Below are positions 19,535 through 28,660 of a stretch of 64,000 nucleotides of DNA, in pieces. The stretch is from an uncultured Planctomycetota bacterium (lineage in GTDB: Bacteria; Planctomycetota; PLA2; JAEUHO01), in contig CAVVXN010000001.1 of the NCBI GenBank assembly GCA_963752285.1, positions 320,001 to 384,000 of the forward strand, written 5' to 3'. The notes beneath the pieces are model-generated. The model was given only the letters and a program-made list of their open reading frames with translations. It was not told the DNA's origin and made no database searches. The translations under genes were made by a program, and so were the position numbers. Numbering within the stretch: position 1 is the first letter of the stretch; every line of letters starts with the position of its first letter.

Positions 19535-20353
19535 TCACGCCGGGACGTAGGAGAGGTCGATCTTGAACAGCTTCGCCGCGGTCCTCCAGGCGATGGACTC
19601 GCGCTGCTCCGGCGTCAGGGCCAGGTTGTCGAGGAACTTCACGTAGCCCCCCATCCCCACGAGCGGCCAGTCCGTCCCGTACATGAGCTGTCGCCCCGGA
19701 TCGCCCATGTAGAAGATCATGTCCTTCACGCGCATCGCCATGTACCGCTCGAACTCGTACGTGAAGTCGCCGAGCGTGAGCCCCGACATGTCGGCGTAGA
19801 CGTTGTCGTTCTTGTACAGGACCTCGGCCGTGTCTTGAAACCACGGGTTCCCGAGGTGGGCCATCACGAGCTTCACGTCGGGGTAGTCCACGGCGACGTC
19901 GTCCACGAGCAGCGGGTGCGCCTGCCGGACCTTCGCCGCCTTGCTGAACGTGTCGCCCGTGTGGATCACGACGGGCACGTCGTGCTTCGCGGCGATGCGA
20001 TAGACCGACTCGAGCGAGGGGTCGTTGATCGCGTAGCGGTCGTACCCCGGGTAGAGCTTGATGCCCTTCACGATGCCGTCCCGAATCCTCTCCTCCAGCG
20101 CGAACAGGTCGGTCCGGTTCTCGCCCCGCCAGCGGAGCCCCTCGATGACCGTCGTGCGGGGGTCGTTGGAGAGCATGTCGAGGACGTCCTCGACGCTCGG
20201 ACGGTCGATGTCCACCTTGTAGGAGGTCAGGACGACCGCGTGGTCCACCCCGTGCGCGGCCATGGCCGCGAACAGGGCCTTCACGTTCTGGGTCGTCGGA
20301 TGGCGGGTGGCCTCGTGGTACGAGTTCAGGTGGACGTGGCAGTCGATCAGCAT
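19535..20353 (-). CDS. Amidohydrolase_2 family metallo-hydrolase
   Basis: IDCHVH, GIKLYPGY, VIHTG, MAHLG, YADMSG, YGTDWP. Confidence 0.88.
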   Translation of the reverse strand: MLIDCHVHLNSYHEATRHPTTQNVKALFAAMAAHGVDHAVVLTSYKVDIDRPSVEDVLDMLSNDPRTTVIEGLRWRGENRTDLFALEERIRDGIVKGIKLYPGYDRYAINDPSLESVYRIAAKHDVPVVIHTGDTFSKAAKVRQAHPLLVDDVAVDYPDVKLVMAHLGNPWFQDTAEVLYKNDNVYADMSGLTLGDFTYEFERYMAMRVKDMIFYMGDPGRQLMYGTDWPLVGMGGYVKFLDNLALTPEQRESIAWRTAAKLFKIDLSYVPA

Positions 20354-20441
20354 CCGCGCAATCTACGAAGCGCCGCCGGCTCGTTCGAGAATCCTTGCCA
20401 GAAGGTCCAGCGCGCGCCGGGCGCGGAGGGCCGGAGGGTCG

Positions 20442-21302
20442 TCATCCTCCGGCGAGGGCCGAGACGAGGACGAGGACGTCGCCGGGGACGAGGGGCGCGG
20501 CGGGGTCGTCGAGGAACCGACGCCCCCCGAGGCTCGCCCGCCAGTGGGCCGTGAGCCGGCCTCGTACCACGACAGGCCCTTCGAGCGCCGGGAACCGCGC
20601 GGCCAGCGCGGCGAGGACCTCGCCGAGCGTCCGGCCATGGACGTCCGCGCGGTCCACGCCCGCCAGCCGGCGCGCGATCTCGTAGAGCTCGATCCGGACG
20701 CGCGGAGGCTCGGCGTCGAGCCGGCGGAGCGCTTCCTCGTACTGTTCCGGCGTGTTCGTGTTCTCGAGCGAGAGCAGGGCCGGGTCCACCCGTCGCAGCT
20801 CGTCCTCTCCCACGCGCACCGTCGGCACGCGCTCGTAGAGGAAGATCGGGCGGAGCCGGTCGGCCGAGAGGAGCGCGCGGACGTCGGACAGCACGGACCG
20901 CCGATAGACCGCGGCCAGGGGATGGAGGCGCCCGCCCGCCTCGGCCACGACGACCGACGCGTCGCCGAGGCGCTCGAAGAGGAGGCCCACCAGGGCGCGC
21001 GAGAGGAACGGCGTGTCGCACGCCGTCGCGAAGAGGACGTCGCTCGCGGCCGCCTCGAGACCCGCCTCGAGCCCCTGGAGCGGGCCGCGGTCGAGCCGCC
21101 GGTCGAACGCGAGCCGCGCGTCGGGGGGGAGCGCGGGGAGATCCTGCCCGGGCCGCGCGACCACGATCCGCTCGTCCACCACCGGCCGGAGGAGCGCGAG
21201 GATCCGGTCGAGCATGGTCCGGGGGCCGAACGGCAGCGTGGCCTTGTCGCGGCCCATCCGGGTGCTCCGTCCGCCCGCGAGCACGAGGGCGCCGCGCGTC
21301 AC
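20442..21302 (-). CDS. mobA: Molybdenum cofactor guanylyltransferase MobA fused to C-terminal MoaD/ThiS sulfur carrier
   Basis: LAGGRSTRMGRDKA, GPLQGL, ACDTPF, NTNTPE; then a ubiquitin-like domain ending LVSALAGG-stop; GTG overlaps the moeA stop. Confidence 0.88.
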   Translation of the reverse strand: MTRGALVLAGGRSTRMGRDKATLPFGPRTMLDRILALLRPVVDERIVVARPGQDLPALPPDARLAFDRRLDRGPLQGLEAGLEAAASDVLFATACDTPFLSRALVGLLFERLGDASVVVAEAGGRLHPLAAVYRRSVLSDVRALLSADRLRPIFLYERVPTVRVGEDELRRVDPALLSLENTNTPEQYEEALRRLDAEPPRVRIELYEIARRLAGVDRADVHGRTLGEVLAALAARFPALEGPVVVRGRLTAHWRASLGGRRFLDDPAAPLVPGDVLVLVSALAGG

Positions 21303-23233
21303 GGCGAGAACCCCGCCTTCACGAGGCGGTCTCGCACCTTCGGATCGGCGAGCGCGGTCCGGAACGCCACGACGGCGGGCGCGTCCCAGCGGTCCTCGGG
21401 CACGAGGAAGTCGTAGCGCTCGTCCTTCAGCGGCCGCCAGCAGAGGCCCGCCGCGCGGGCCACGGTCTCGAGCGCGACGCCGAAGTCCGCGCGACCCTGC
21501 GCGATCGCCGCCGCCACCGCGGCGTGCGTCGTGTAGCCCGTCGCCCAGCCCGCGGGCCGCGCGTCGCCCTCGAGCGCGCCCGCGAGGAGGTCCTCGATCA
21601 ACGCCCGCGTCCCGCTCGCGGGGTTGCGGTTCGCCATCACGAGGCCCTTCGTCTTCGCGGCGCGGCAAAGCGCGTCGTCCGCGCCCTCCGCCACCCCGGC
21701 GGGCCCGAGCGCGTTCTCGTGCTCGGCTCGGTAGACGAGGCCCTGCCGCCGGCCGTACCCCGCGAGGAGCCGGGATCCGGGCGGCACGAACGCGACGTTG
21801 TACGCCCCCGTCGCCCGGTCGTAGAGGTGCACGGGCGCCACGTCGCACGCGCCGAGACGCGCGGCTTCGACGCCGCCGCGCGAGCCGACCCAGAGGCACT
21901 TGAGCGCGAGGCGTCGCGCGGCGAGGGGCTCGAGGACCACGTCGAGTCCCGTGCAGTGGCTGCCCACGACGACCAGGTCGGCGGGCTGGAGGCCCTCCCC
22001 GAGAAGCGTCACCTCCACCTCCGCGCCCGGGTCCACGTACTCGACGGACGCGGGGACCTCGAAGAAGCCGTCCGCCCGGGCGAAGGTCGTGACCGACCCG
22101 GAGCCCTTCCCCATCGGGAACGCGACGAGCCCATCGCGTCCGCGTGTGAGGCAGACGAGCATGAACTCCGCGCGGCCCGGCTCGCTCGTCATGCGTCGCG
22201 GCAGCCGCGCCACGGTTCGCGACGGCGCGCGATCCCCGCGTCCCGCGAGTCGTCTCAGGACGGGCGCCACGAACGCGTGGAAGGTGAAGATCGCCGAGGT
22301 CGGGAAGCCCGGGAGCACCACGACGGGCTTCCCGTGCCACGCGGCGAGGCACAGGGGCTTCCCGGGCTTCAGGGCGACGCCGTGGACCACGATCCGGGCG
22401 CGCTCCTCCACCACGCGGTACGAGAGGTCGCCGCCGCCCTTGCTCGTCCCTCCGGAGAGGAGAACGACGTCGTGGGCGTCGAGCGCCGCCTCGAGCCGCG
22501 CGGCGAGCGCGGCGCGGTCGTCCGGGACGATGCCGAGCGCGTTCACCTCCGCGCCCGCCTCGCGCGCGGCGTCGGCCAGCAGGGTCGCGTTCGCGTCGTG
22601 GACGTGGCCCGGCGCGAGCGGCGTGCCCGGCGCCACGATCTCGTCTCCGGTCGAGAACACGGCGACGCGGGGGCGGACGTGGACCTCGACCGCGTCGATC
22701 CCGACGGCGGCGAGCGTGCCCGTCTCGCGCGCCGTCAGCAGCGTGCCCGGGACGAGGACGGTCTCGCCCTGCACGACGTCGCTGCCGGCCGCGCTCACGT
22801 GCCCACCGGGGACCGCGGGGCGAACGACCCTGACGACGCGCTCGCCCTCGATCGTCGTGTCCTCGACCATCACGATCGCGTCCGCGCCTCGCGGCACGAC
22901 GCCGCCGGTCGCGATCGCCATCGCCTGGCCCGGCGCGAGCGCGTCCTGGCTCGGATGCCCCGCGTCCACAGACCGGTCCGCGAGCGCGAGTCTCCGGGGC
23001 GTCTTCTCGGTCGCGCCCCACGTGTCCTCGGCGCGCACGGCGAAGCCGTCCACGTTCGAGCGGTCGAAGGCGGGCACGTTGCCCGGCGCGACGACGGCGC
23101 GCGCGAGCACCCGGTGGAGGGCCGCGGCGAGCGGGACCCGCTCGGTCGCTCCCGGGGAGAGATCGAGGCGCGCCCACCACCGCGCCCGCGCCTCCTCGGG
23201 CGTCGAGACGCTCAAGAACTGGTCCTGCTTCAC
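21299..23233 (-). CDS. moeA: Molybdopterin molybdo/tungstotransferase MoeA fused to periplasmic-binding-protein-like domain
   Basis: FDRSNVDGFAV, IATGG, STGDEI, SGGTSKG.GD, KPGKP, LPGFPTS; C-terminal GSHC, GSRGG, NRNPASGTR PBP domain. Confidence 0.9.
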   Translation of the reverse strand: MKQDQFLSVSTPEEARARWWARLDLSPGATERVPLAAALHRVLARAVVAPGNVPAFDRSNVDGFAVRAEDTWGATEKTPRRLALADRSVDAGHPSQDALAPGQAMAIATGGVVPRGADAIVMVEDTTIEGERVVRVVRPAVPGGHVSAAGSDVVQGETVLVPGTLLTARETGTLAAVGIDAVEVHVRPRVAVFSTGDEIVAPGTPLAPGHVHDANATLLADAAREAGAEVNALGIVPDDRAALAARLEAALDAHDVVLLSGGTSKGGGDLSYRVVEERARIVVHGVALKPGKPLCLAAWHGKPVVVLPGFPTSAIFTFHAFVAPVLRRLAGRGDRAPSRTVARLPRRMTSEPGRAEFMLVCLTRGRDGLVAFPMGKGSGSVTTFARADGFFEVPASVEYVDPGAEVEVTLLGEGLQPADLVVVGSHCTGLDVVLEPLAARRLALKCLWVGSRGGVEAARLGACDVAPVHLYDRATGAYNVAFVPPGSRLLAGYGRRQGLVYRAEHENALGPAGVAEGADDALCRAAKTKGLVMANRNPASGTRALIEDLLAGALEGDARPAGWATGYTTHAAVAAAIAQGRADFGVALETVARAAGLCWRPLKDERYDFLVPEDRWDAPAVVAFRTALADPKVRDRLVKAGFSP

Positions 23234-23289
23234 CCCGGCCAAGGTACCCGACGGACGGGTGTATCCCTGGTCGCCGAGGAGACGTGTCG

Positions 23290-24747
23290 ATGGAACGAAC
23301 GCCCTTCGCGTACGTGCCTCCCGCCCGGCGACGCCTGCGCGGCGGGACGCGCGCGCTCGCGCTCTCGCTGCTCCTCGTGCTCCCGGCGCGCTTCGCCGGC
23401 GCGCGCGGCGGCCCCGGGCCCGGCCAGCCGGTCTGGCCGCAGCCGGGACAGACCGACGAGGCGCTCTTCGAGAAGGCACAGCGGATCCAGTCTCGGATGT
23501 GGTGGCACCTGTCCCCCGAAGGCCTCCTCGTCGAGAGGCACCGCATCCCCGCGACGCCCGAGACGCTCGACCACGACGTGCTCGCGAGCTCGGACGCGGC
23601 GATCTGGACCGGTTGCTACGTGGCGTCGCAGGTGTGCCGGTGGAGCGTGACGCGCGACCCCGACGCCATGACGGAGCTCGAGCACCTCGCGCACGGCCTC
23701 GAGGCGCTGTCCACCGTGACGGGGGTGCCGGGCCGGATCGCGCGGAACGTCGGGCGTCCCTACCGTGGCCGGCCGGAGTGGCGCGCGATCGCCTCGCCCA
23801 CGGGGGACGGCCGGTGGTTCCGCCCCGACGTGAGCCGGGACCAGCTCGCCGGATTGACCCTCGGGTGGACGTGGATCGGGCGGTACCTGCCCGAGGCGCC
23901 CGACCTCCAAGCCCTCGCCGCCCGCCAGCTCGCCCAGATCGCTCGGCGCCTCTGGGCCGACGGGATGTGGCTCCGGGACTACCAGGGCAAGCCGACCGAC
24001 CACGGCGAGCTCCGGCCGACGCTTCGCTTCCCGCCCGGCGTGAAGAACGGCGTCGAGGCCGCGATCGGGCTGGCGACGATCCTCGCCGCCGCCGAGCTCA
24101 ACCCGGACGCACAGGACTTGAGGTCGATGGTCGTGCAGATGGACCGCGACGAATGGGACGACGCGCTCGACCACCAGTTCACGTTCTTCTCGAACCAGCT
24201 CACCAGCTCGAACGTGAACATGACGGCCCTCGCGCTGCTCGTCCTCGCGCGATGCCCGCATCCGAACGCCAACTACCGCGCGCGTCGCGGTCTCGACAAG
24301 CTGCGGGCCGCGACGGTCGGCTGGTGGAACGCCGGCGTCGATGCGTGCGTGCTCCTCGGCGGCGTACAGAACGACCGCGACCAGACGATCGGCGACATCC
24401 GCGCGGCGCTCCACGCGATGCCCGAGGAGGAGGCGCTCCCCCTCCACGTGGAGATGGTCCACAAGAACGAGATCGTCCCCATCGCGTACCGCACGCGCTA
24501 CTCGAGCTGGGCCTGGAAGGAGGACATCGAGAGCGGGAATCTCGCCGATCCGAACGGTCCTTCCGTCCCGCACATGACGGTGACGCGAGCGGACTGGCTG
24601 TTCGCCTACTGGCTCGCCCGCGCGGCGGCCGTGCTCGCGCCGAGGACCGGACCGGGGGCCGACCCGACCGCGCACCCGGTCGCGATGGACCTACCTCCGT
24701 GGCTGCGCGAGGCCGCCGCGCCCCCCGACGCGAACGCGGGGCGCTGA
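23290..24747 (+). CDS. Conserved-looking hypothetical exported protein (possible alpha/alpha-toroid enzyme)
   Basis: Hydrophobic N-terminal segment; motifs DAAIWTGCY, VTGVPGRIAR, DVSRDQLAG. Confidence 0.55.
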   Translation: MERTPFAYVPPARRRLRGGTRALALSLLLVLPARFAGARGGPGPGQPVWPQPGQTDEALFEKAQRIQSRMWWHLSPEGLLVERHRIPATPETLDHDVLASSDAAIWTGCYVASQVCRWSVTRDPDAMTELEHLAHGLEALSTVTGVPGRIARNVGRPYRGRPEWRAIASPTGDGRWFRPDVSRDQLAGLTLGWTWIGRYLPEAPDLQALAARQLAQIARRLWADGMWLRDYQGKPTDHGELRPTLRFPPGVKNGVEAAIGLATILAAAELNPDAQDLRSMVVQMDRDEWDDALDHQFTFFSNQLTSSNVNMTALALLVLARCPHPNANYRARRGLDKLRAATVGWWNAGVDACVLLGGVQNDRDQTIGDIRAALHAMPEEEALPLHVEMVHKNEIVPIAYRTRYSSWAWKEDIESGNLADPNGPSVPHMTVTRADWLFAYWLARAAAVLAPRTGPGADPTAHPVAMDLPPWLREAAAPPDANAGR

Positions 24748-24811
24748 CACGAAGGCGCCCGCGGGAGAAGGACCCCCGCGGGCGCAAGAGAGGAGGCGGG
24801 CGGCGGGTCCC

Positions 24812-26551
24812 CTAGTGGGGCATCGCGTTGCGCCATTCCTTCAGGGCCACCTCGGCGGCCTGGTGGGCGGCGGTGGCCGCGGTCTGGGCGGCGTCGAGCG
24901 CCTGCTGTGCGCTCACGAGCTCTTCGTTCGCACCCTCGTCACCGTCCGCGACGGCCCGCTGGGCGTCGAGGAGCGCCTGCGTCGCGCTCTCGACCGACCG
25001 ATCGGCCTCGACGGCGGCCGCCTGCTTGGTCTCGAAGGCCTGCTGGAGCTCCAGCTGGTGCTGGACCGGGTCCTCGGCGGGCGTCGGATCGGCATCCGGC
25101 TTCACCTTGGCACGGGGCAGCACGCCGGGCGCGGGCGCGTCCGGGTTGAAGCCCATGTCCTTCAGGAGCTGACTGGTCGCGTCCAGCTGCCGCTGCAGCT
25201 CGTCCCGGCGCTCCTCTGCCTTGTCGAGCGTGTTCTGGGCACGCTGGGCGTCCTGGTCGGACTGCATCGCCTGCCGTTCCGCGTCCTCGGTGTGGCGGTC
25301 CGCGTCCTGGCACGCCCGGTGCGCCTGGTCCGCGGCGGCCTGGTGCTCCGGGCTCGGGTCGTCCTGGGCGAGCTTCTGGGCGTCGTCCAGCGCCCGATGG
25401 GCCTGGTCGGCGTCGTCGTGGGCCTGCTGGGCGGCCGTGCGATCCGCGTCCGCCCGCTCCTGGAGCGTGGCGACGTCCTGGGCCGCGGCGGTCAAACGCG
25501 CGGAGGCGTCGTCGAGCTGACGGGACAGCTCGTCCCGCTGCTGGAGCAGCTGGTCGAGACGCGAGCCGGAGGGCGCGGGGGTCGGCGTGGTGCCGGGCTG
25601 CGGCTCCGGAGCGGGCGTCGCGTCCTTGGGCGCCGCGCCGCGCGGGGTGTCCGGACCGGACTGCGCGGGCGTCGGAGGCGCGGGCGGGGGGAGGACCGGG
25701 ATCGGGTTCCCCGCGAGGTCGGGCGAGCCGCTCTGGCCGAGGGGCGACGGACGACCCGTGCGGCCGCCGCGACCACCGACGAAGCGCGACGCGATCGACA
25801 TCAGGCGCGAGTCGCCGGCGTCGAGACGGCGGAGCGTCGTCACGAGACCGCGGAACGACTGCGTGAGCGCGGGCTCCTCCTCGGCGATCTGGAGGTACAT
25901 GACCAGCGCCTCGGAGTAGAGACGGTAGTTCTCGAGCGTCTGCGCCATCAGGAGGCGGCGCGCGACCGGCGTCTCGTCCTTCAGCCGGTCGTCCGTGCGG
26001 ATCCAGTCGAGCTTCCTGTCCGCGCGGGGGTGGCGAATCGCCTTCACCTCGGCGGTGAGGGGCTTCGGGCCCTTCTCGTAGTAGAGACCCCACGTGAGGC
26101 GGTCACCGACGTCCACGCGCTCGAGCACCTCGGGCGGGAGGTACGCAACCGTCGTGAGCGACTTCGGCTCGAAGGGCGCGCTGTAGAGGACGTCGCGACC
26201 CTGATGGAACTCCAGCGTCGCGCTGCCGTCGTACGACTCGCTCACCTCGATCGCGTAGGTCTTGAGACCCTCGCGACGCACGTCGCCCTTGGGCCAGAGG
26301 AGGACGGCCGCGGGGACCGTCTTCTTGGACCCACGGTCGATCGGCGGGGCCTCGAAGGCCGGGAACTCGACGTCGTACCGAGTGGCGAGGCGGGCGATCA
26401 TCGCGTCCTCGTTCGTCGTGGGCGCGCTCGTGGCCGCGCCGAGGAGCGAGGAGCTCGAGCTCTCGCGGGCGCCGCAGCCGGCGAGCAGGCCGGCGGACGC
26501 CAGGAGGAACGCGCCGAGCACGGCGGGCGTTCGGTGGGTGGGACAGGACAT
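24812..26551 (-). CDS. Lipoprotein with DUF928-like N-terminal region, Pro-rich linker and long coiled-coil
   Basis: Lipobox LLAGC; LLWPKG..YAIEV..LTW..YRLYSEAL; A/Q/D-rich heptad C-terminal half. Confidence 0.6.
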   Translation of the reverse strand: MSCPTHRTPAVLGAFLLASAGLLAGCGARESSSSSLLGAATSAPTTNEDAMIARLATRYDVEFPAFEAPPIDRGSKKTVPAAVLLWPKGDVRREGLKTYAIEVSESYDGSATLEFHQGRDVLYSAPFEPKSLTTVAYLPPEVLERVDVGDRLTWGLYYEKGPKPLTAEVKAIRHPRADRKLDWIRTDDRLKDETPVARRLLMAQTLENYRLYSEALVMYLQIAEEEPALTQSFRGLVTTLRRLDAGDSRLMSIASRFVGGRGGRTGRPSPLGQSGSPDLAGNPIPVLPPPAPPTPAQSGPDTPRGAAPKDATPAPEPQPGTTPTPAPSGSRLDQLLQQRDELSRQLDDASARLTAAAQDVATLQERADADRTAAQQAHDDADQAHRALDDAQKLAQDDPSPEHQAAADQAHRACQDADRHTEDAERQAMQSDQDAQRAQNTLDKAEERRDELQRQLDATSQLLKDMGFNPDAPAPGVLPRAKVKPDADPTPAEDPVQHQLELQQAFETKQAAAVEADRSVESATQALLDAQRAVADGDEGANEELVSAQQALDAAQTAATAAHQAAEVALKEWRNAMPH

Positions 26552-26793
26552 GGTGGCGCTCTCCGTCTGGCGCCCTCGAGGCTCCCTTCCGTGCCCCGCC
26601 GACCCGGCGGCTGCCCACAACCCGCGCTTCACACTTCGGCCCGGGCGTGTGGGCCGCATAAGGCCCAAGTTCAGGGCTCTTCAAAGGTCATGAACAAATC
26701 AGGGATGATTTGCCTTGAGACCCGTTCGGAGGACGCCGAAGAGGGACCCGGATGCGGTGGTGGACCTCGCGGGGCGCGGCCGAGCCCCCTCGA

Positions 26794-28515
26794 ATGACCC
26801 TCCCCTCCCTCCGCCCCTGGGCCCTGCTCCTCGCCCTGGGCGGCGCGTCGGTCCTCGCCCTGGCCGCCCCCTCACGCGCGGCCCCCGCGGCGGTGGCGCC
26901 GACCCGCGGCTCCCTCCTCTCGCGCGAGCTCTCCCTCCTCGCGCGGCGGCTCTGGGTCCGCGGGGCGGAGCCGGACGTGGCCAGCCAGGCGATCCGGGCG
27001 GCCCGGGCCTGGCGGGACGGACACCGCGCGAGCGCGCTGCGGGTACTGAAGGAGCTCGCCGCGTCCCTCCGCGAGGGCGTCGTGAGCCAGGACGACGCCT
27101 CGATCGAGCGGACCACCCGCGCGGAAGCCGAGGTCCTCTCGGTGGGAGCCCGCGCGGCGCTCGCCGAGAACCGGGTCGCCGACGTCCTCTACTTCCTGGA
27201 GTCCTCCCGCGCAAGCGCGCTCGACTCCCAGCTCGCGCTGTCGGCCGAGGAGGACGCCCCGTTCGACGACGACGCGGGCGCCGCGACGATCGCGCTCCTC
27301 GAATCACGCGAGGCGTCGGCGCGCAAGAGCGAGGCGCTCGCCTTCGCCGGGTGGCGCCTCGCGTACGCCGGCGGGAACCTCACCGGCATCCGTCGCGCGC
27401 GCGAGGCGCTCGACGCCGCGCGGGACCGCTCCGCGGCGGCGCGCGAGCGGCTCGACCGCGCGCGGCGCGCGGCCGCCGGCGAGGTCGTCGCGCCGCCCGC
27501 GACCATCCACGACCTCCGCTTCGCCCTTCGTGGCGACGAGGCGCTCGTCCATTACGCCCTCCTCGCCGACGAGGCGTGGGCGCTCGTCGTGCGCCCGCAC
27601 GACGTGCAGGCCGTCTCGCTGGGCACGACTTCGGACGTGCTGCGCGCGGTCCACGGGCTCCGTCTCGACGACCCGGACGACGACGCGGTCGCCGCCACGG
27701 CCCGGCTCCGCGCCGCGATCGTCGCCCCGCTCGGGCTCGACGGCTCGACGCGCCGCGTCGTGTTCGTCCCCGACGGACGCCTCGCCGGCGTCCCGTTCGC
27801 GCTGCTCGTTCCCGATCGCATCGTGTCGCTCGTCCCGTCGGGCTCGGTGTGGCTTCGGCTCATGCGCGAGCGGCACCCCGAGGGCCACGGCGTCCTCGCG
27901 ATCGGCGGACCCGACTACGGCACGTCCCCGGCCGGCCTCCCGTTGCCGCTCGACGCGTCCGGCGTACCGCCCGAGTCGCTGGCGGCCGCGTCGGCCGAGG
28001 TGCGTCGCGTGGGGGACCAGGTGCACATGGGCCCCGACGCGACCGAGACCGCGCTTCGCCGCGCGCTCGCCGGCGACCGCTCCTGGGCCGCGATCCACGT
28101 GGCCTGCCACGGCCTCCTCGCCGAGACCGCGGCCGGCTGCGCGCTCGCCCTGGCACCCAGCCCCCAGGACGACGGGCTGCTCACGGTGCCGGAGATCGAG
28201 GACCTCGACGTGCGCTCGGAGCTCGTCGTCCTCTCCGCTTGTCACACGGGGGAGGGCCCGGTGATCGACCCCGAAGGATGCATCTCTCTCGCCCGCGCGT
28301 TCCTCGCGGCGGGCGCGCCGCGCGTGATCGCGAGCCTCGGGACCGTGGACGACGAGGCGACGGCCGCGCTGATGGAGCGCTTCTACGCGTTCTGGCGCCA
28401 GGGGATCCCTGCGGCCGACGCGCTCCGCCAGGCGCAGGCCCACGTGCGGTCGCAGCCGCGCTGGTCGCATCCGCACTTCTGGGCGTGCTGGACGGTCCTC
28501 GGCACCGCCGACTGA
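26794..28515 (+). CDS. CHAT-domain (caspase-like) protease, exported
   Basis: FVPDGRLAGVPF, IHVACHG, DGLLT..EI, VVLSACHTG, DALRQAQ, HPHFWA; signal-like N-terminus. Confidence 0.88.
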   Translation: MTLPSLRPWALLLALGGASVLALAAPSRAAPAAVAPTRGSLLSRELSLLARRLWVRGAEPDVASQAIRAARAWRDGHRASALRVLKELAASLREGVVSQDDASIERTTRAEAEVLSVGARAALAENRVADVLYFLESSRASALDSQLALSAEEDAPFDDDAGAATIALLESREASARKSEALAFAGWRLAYAGGNLTGIRRAREALDAARDRSAAARERLDRARRAAAGEVVAPPATIHDLRFALRGDEALVHYALLADEAWALVVRPHDVQAVSLGTTSDVLRAVHGLRLDDPDDDAVAATARLRAAIVAPLGLDGSTRRVVFVPDGRLAGVPFALLVPDRIVSLVPSGSVWLRLMRERHPEGHGVLAIGGPDYGTSPAGLPLPLDASGVPPESLAAASAEVRRVGDQVHMGPDATETALRRALAGDRSWAAIHVACHGLLAETAAGCALALAPSPQDDGLLTVPEIEDLDVRSELVVLSACHTGEGPVIDPEGCISLARAFLAAGAPRVIASLGTVDDEATAALMERFYAFWRQGIPAADALRQAQAHVRSQPRWSHPHFWACWTVLGTAD

Positions 28516-28660
28516 CCGGGCGGGACCCGCCGCCCCCGGACGGACCCCGCCTCGGCCGGGCCGGCCAGCGCGCGAGGGATCCAGCCGCGCGGGTCTATGC
28601 TGAGGGGCGCATGGAGAACCCCTACGTCGTCCGGACGCAGCGCGGCGGGCGTTGACGCGG

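Noticed and set aside
26794..28515. CHAT as part of a CRISPR-Craspase or gasdermin defence system
   Set aside because: It has a signal-like N-terminus and no gasdermin, Cas7-11 or NTPase neighbour is recognisable
28597..28655. 14-aa ORF MENPYVVRTQRGGR behind a TATGCT box as a leader peptide
   Set aside because: Could be an upstream ORF or a frameshifted N-terminus of the 28661 gene; too short to support either way
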